Shown here one piece after another: positions 58,826 to 60,361 of a stretch of 60,361 nt of DNA. The notes below the pieces were generated by a model. The model saw only the letters and a list, made by a program, of their open reading frames with translations. It ran no database searches and had not been told where the DNA came from. The position numbers and the translations under genes are program-made. Each line of letters opens with the position of its first letter. Position 1 is the stretch's first letter. This stretch comes from Minisyncoccota bacterium. GTDB lineage: Bacteria > Patescibacteriota > Microgenomatia > UBA1400 > UBA12028. Location: assembly GCA_003487265.1 (NCBI GenBank), contig DNEP01000010.1, positions 1 through 60,361 of the forward strand, in the 5' to 3' direction.

Positions 58826-60361
58826 ACACCTCTCATCCATTGCGAGTTGCACATATTACAAGCGAGATATATCCATTTTCAAAGACGGGTGGATTAGGTC
58901 ATGCGGTTGCAGATCTCTCCACACATATCGCAGATGCGAATGTTGATGTAACGGTGTTTACGCCACTGTATGGGTGTGTTTCCAAACACCTCAAAAACAA
59001 ACTAATTGAAACAGTTCTCATCGATATTCCTGTAAAACTCGATCGATCAACCTCCCTTACTTGTTCTTGTGTGAAGTATCTCCAAACGACACCACTCGGA
59101 AACACTATCACGTTTTATTTTGTCAATCATTTTGATTTTTTTGGCAGATATTCACGGAATTTATATCTACATAAAGACACGCCTCGAAGGTTTCTCTTTT
59201 TTACTCGGGCAGTTCTTGAAATTATGAAAACGCTACAATTGCAGTTTGATATTATGCATTGCCACGATTGGATGACAGGACTTTTTCCTCAATTGGCTCA
59301 TGAATACCTTACAAAACCACAGCTGAAAAGAATGAAAACAGTGCTCACAATTCACAATCTTGCTTTTCAAGGATCTGATCAAATAAATCTCGCACGACTG
59401 AGTTCGTTAAAACAGCGAGCTCCCGTTGTTCACTTCCCCGAATTTTGGGATAACCACAAATGGGATCGGGTGAATTTCTTGAGACAGGGGATCAAATACG
59501 CACACATCATTACAACCGTAAGTCCAACTTACGCAAAAGAAATTCTGTCAAAATATCATGGGGAGGGGCTTTCACGATATCTCAACAAACATAAACCTAT
59601 TTATGGAATTGTCAATGGAATTAACTATGCGTTATACAATCCGTTGAATTCTGATCGAATTGCACAAAACTACTCAAGCTTAAATGTGAGTGTTGGAAAA
59701 CAAAAAAATAAGGAGCGGTTATTAAAAAAGTTATCATTTCCAGATACATATGCTTCCTGGCCAATGGCGTTTACGAATCACCGCCTTACACATCAAAAAA
59801 GATTTGATGTACTGATTGCATCTATGAAATCTCTGTTAAAACAACATCTCATTCTTATTATTGCTGGGGAAGGGGACAAGCGATATCACGATGCATTCAA
59901 CATGCTCGAAGAAAAATATCCAAATTTTCGATTCATCACCCCCATTTCCGACGCCTTTGAGCAAAAACTATTAGCTGGTGGAGACATCGTGCTTTGTCCA
60001 TCGGTTTTTGAACCTTGTGGAACAGCACATATGAAAGCAATGCGTTATGGCGTTTTACCCGTAGCCCGAAATACGGGTGGATTGGCCGATACCATTTTTA
60101 ATTATGATAAATCGAACACTTCGGGTACGGGATTTCTATTCAAAAACAATTCTAGCGTGAGTTTTTTATCAACCATGCGCATCGCGCTGAATCTGTACAT
60201 CAATAATCGAGAACGCTGGAACAATCTTGTTATAAAATGCATGAACCAATCGTTTGACTGGGATAAAAGTACGCAAGAATACATTGCGATCTATGAAAGT
60301 CTTTTTGAGAAGAAGAAGATTATTGATGTATCCTACAGTGTCGGGGTGGGCGGACTCGAAC
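58822..60361 (+). CDS. glgA: glycogen/starch synthase (3' end not reached in window)
   Basis: Absent from the ORF track because there is no stop in the window. ATG 58822; motifs ITSEIYPFSKTGGLGHAV, HCHDWMTG, VSPTYAKEI and EPCGTAHMKAMRYG. Confidence 0.85.
   Translation, partial: MNTSHPLRVAHITSEIYPFSKTGGLGHAVADLSTHIADANVDVTVFTPLYGCVSKHLKNKLIETVLIDIPVKLDRSTSLTCSCVKYLQTTPLGNTITFYFVNHFDFFGRYSRNLYLHKDTPRRFLFFTRAVLEIMKTLQLQFDIMHCHDWMTGLFPQLAHEYLTKPQLKRMKTVLTIHNLAFQGSDQINLARLSSLKQRAPVVHFPEFWDNHKWDRVNFLRQGIKYAHIITTVSPTYAKEILSKYHGEGLSRYLNKHKPIYGIVNGINYALYNPLNSDRIAQNYSSLNVSVGKQKNKERLLKKLSFPDTYASWPMAFTNHRLTHQKRFDVLIASMKSLLKQHLILIIAGEGDKRYHDAFNMLEEKYPNFRFITPISDAFEQKLLAGGDIVLCPSVFEPCGTAHMKAMRYGVLPVARNTGGLADTIFNYDKSNTSGTGFLFKNNSSVSFLSTMRIALNLYINNRERWNNLVIKCMNQSFDWDKSTQEYIAIYESLFEKKKIIDVSYSVGVGGLE
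60341..60361 (-). tRNA. 3' end of a tRNA continuing beyond the window (possibly tRNA-Pro)
   Basis: Reverse complement reads GTTCGAGTCCGCC-CACCCCG-A, i.e. T loop and stem plus a 3' acceptor strand. A CGGGGTG 5' strand would be Pro-like. The feature is partial. Confidence 0.45.

Overview
This 60.4-kb window looks like a small, housekeeping-dense bacterial genome. The gene content, the many AT-rich orphan genes and the compact operons resemble CPR/Patescibacteria-type genomes, but that placement is inference only. The genetic code is standard: TGA ends gatA, dnaE, atpA and greA at normal lengths. Recognisable content in order: tRNA-Gly(CCC), a LysM protein, tRNA-Asp; LemA and HtpX; gatCAB; dnaE; pyrG; rplS and yraN; tRNA-Lys and tRNA-Glu; a divergent subtilase-like protein; a complete F1Fo operon (atpB-E-F-H-A-G-D-C); a 716-aa orphan; greA; lysS fused to an HD domain; an AbiEii-type nucleotidyltransferase cassette; a Nudix protein; serS; a 447-aa orphan; secA; an MFS transporter; DUF4342; an SDR; a DUF1599 plus coiled-coil pair; a GT-C-like membrane protein plus an orphan response regulator; SDR-type tdh and kbl; an RRM protein; tRNA-Arg; an SGNH hydrolase; a split orphan; typA; and tRNA-His. 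An accessory-looking stretch follows (about 43.2-52.9 kb) with an orphan, a divergent IMPDH-family protein, a flippase, a split DUF2207, a broken Bro-N/DinD-like gene and a VOC protein, ending at tRNA-Gly(TCC). The window closes with a tandem CinA_C protein, pyk, a kinase-like orphan, TspO, GH57, glgA and the edge of another tRNA. I saw no CRISPR array, rRNA, transposase or integrase. The observations most worth a second look are: (1) a recurrent -10 box 6-9 nt upstream of ATG, suggesting widespread leaderless expression, plus two mRNAs that start 3 nt after a tRNA; (2) a 67-aa 'mini-delta' in the ATP synthase operon and an acidic insertion in subunit a; (3) a LysRS-HD hydrolase fusion; (4) an AbiEii-like toxin preceded by two tandem small paralogous partners instead of AbiEi; (5) four accessory genes interrupted by one extra A in a poly-A run or by an in-frame TGA; (6) several large AT-rich orphans, one with a kinase-like catalytic loop. 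All family calls come from reading motifs by eye; no searches were run.
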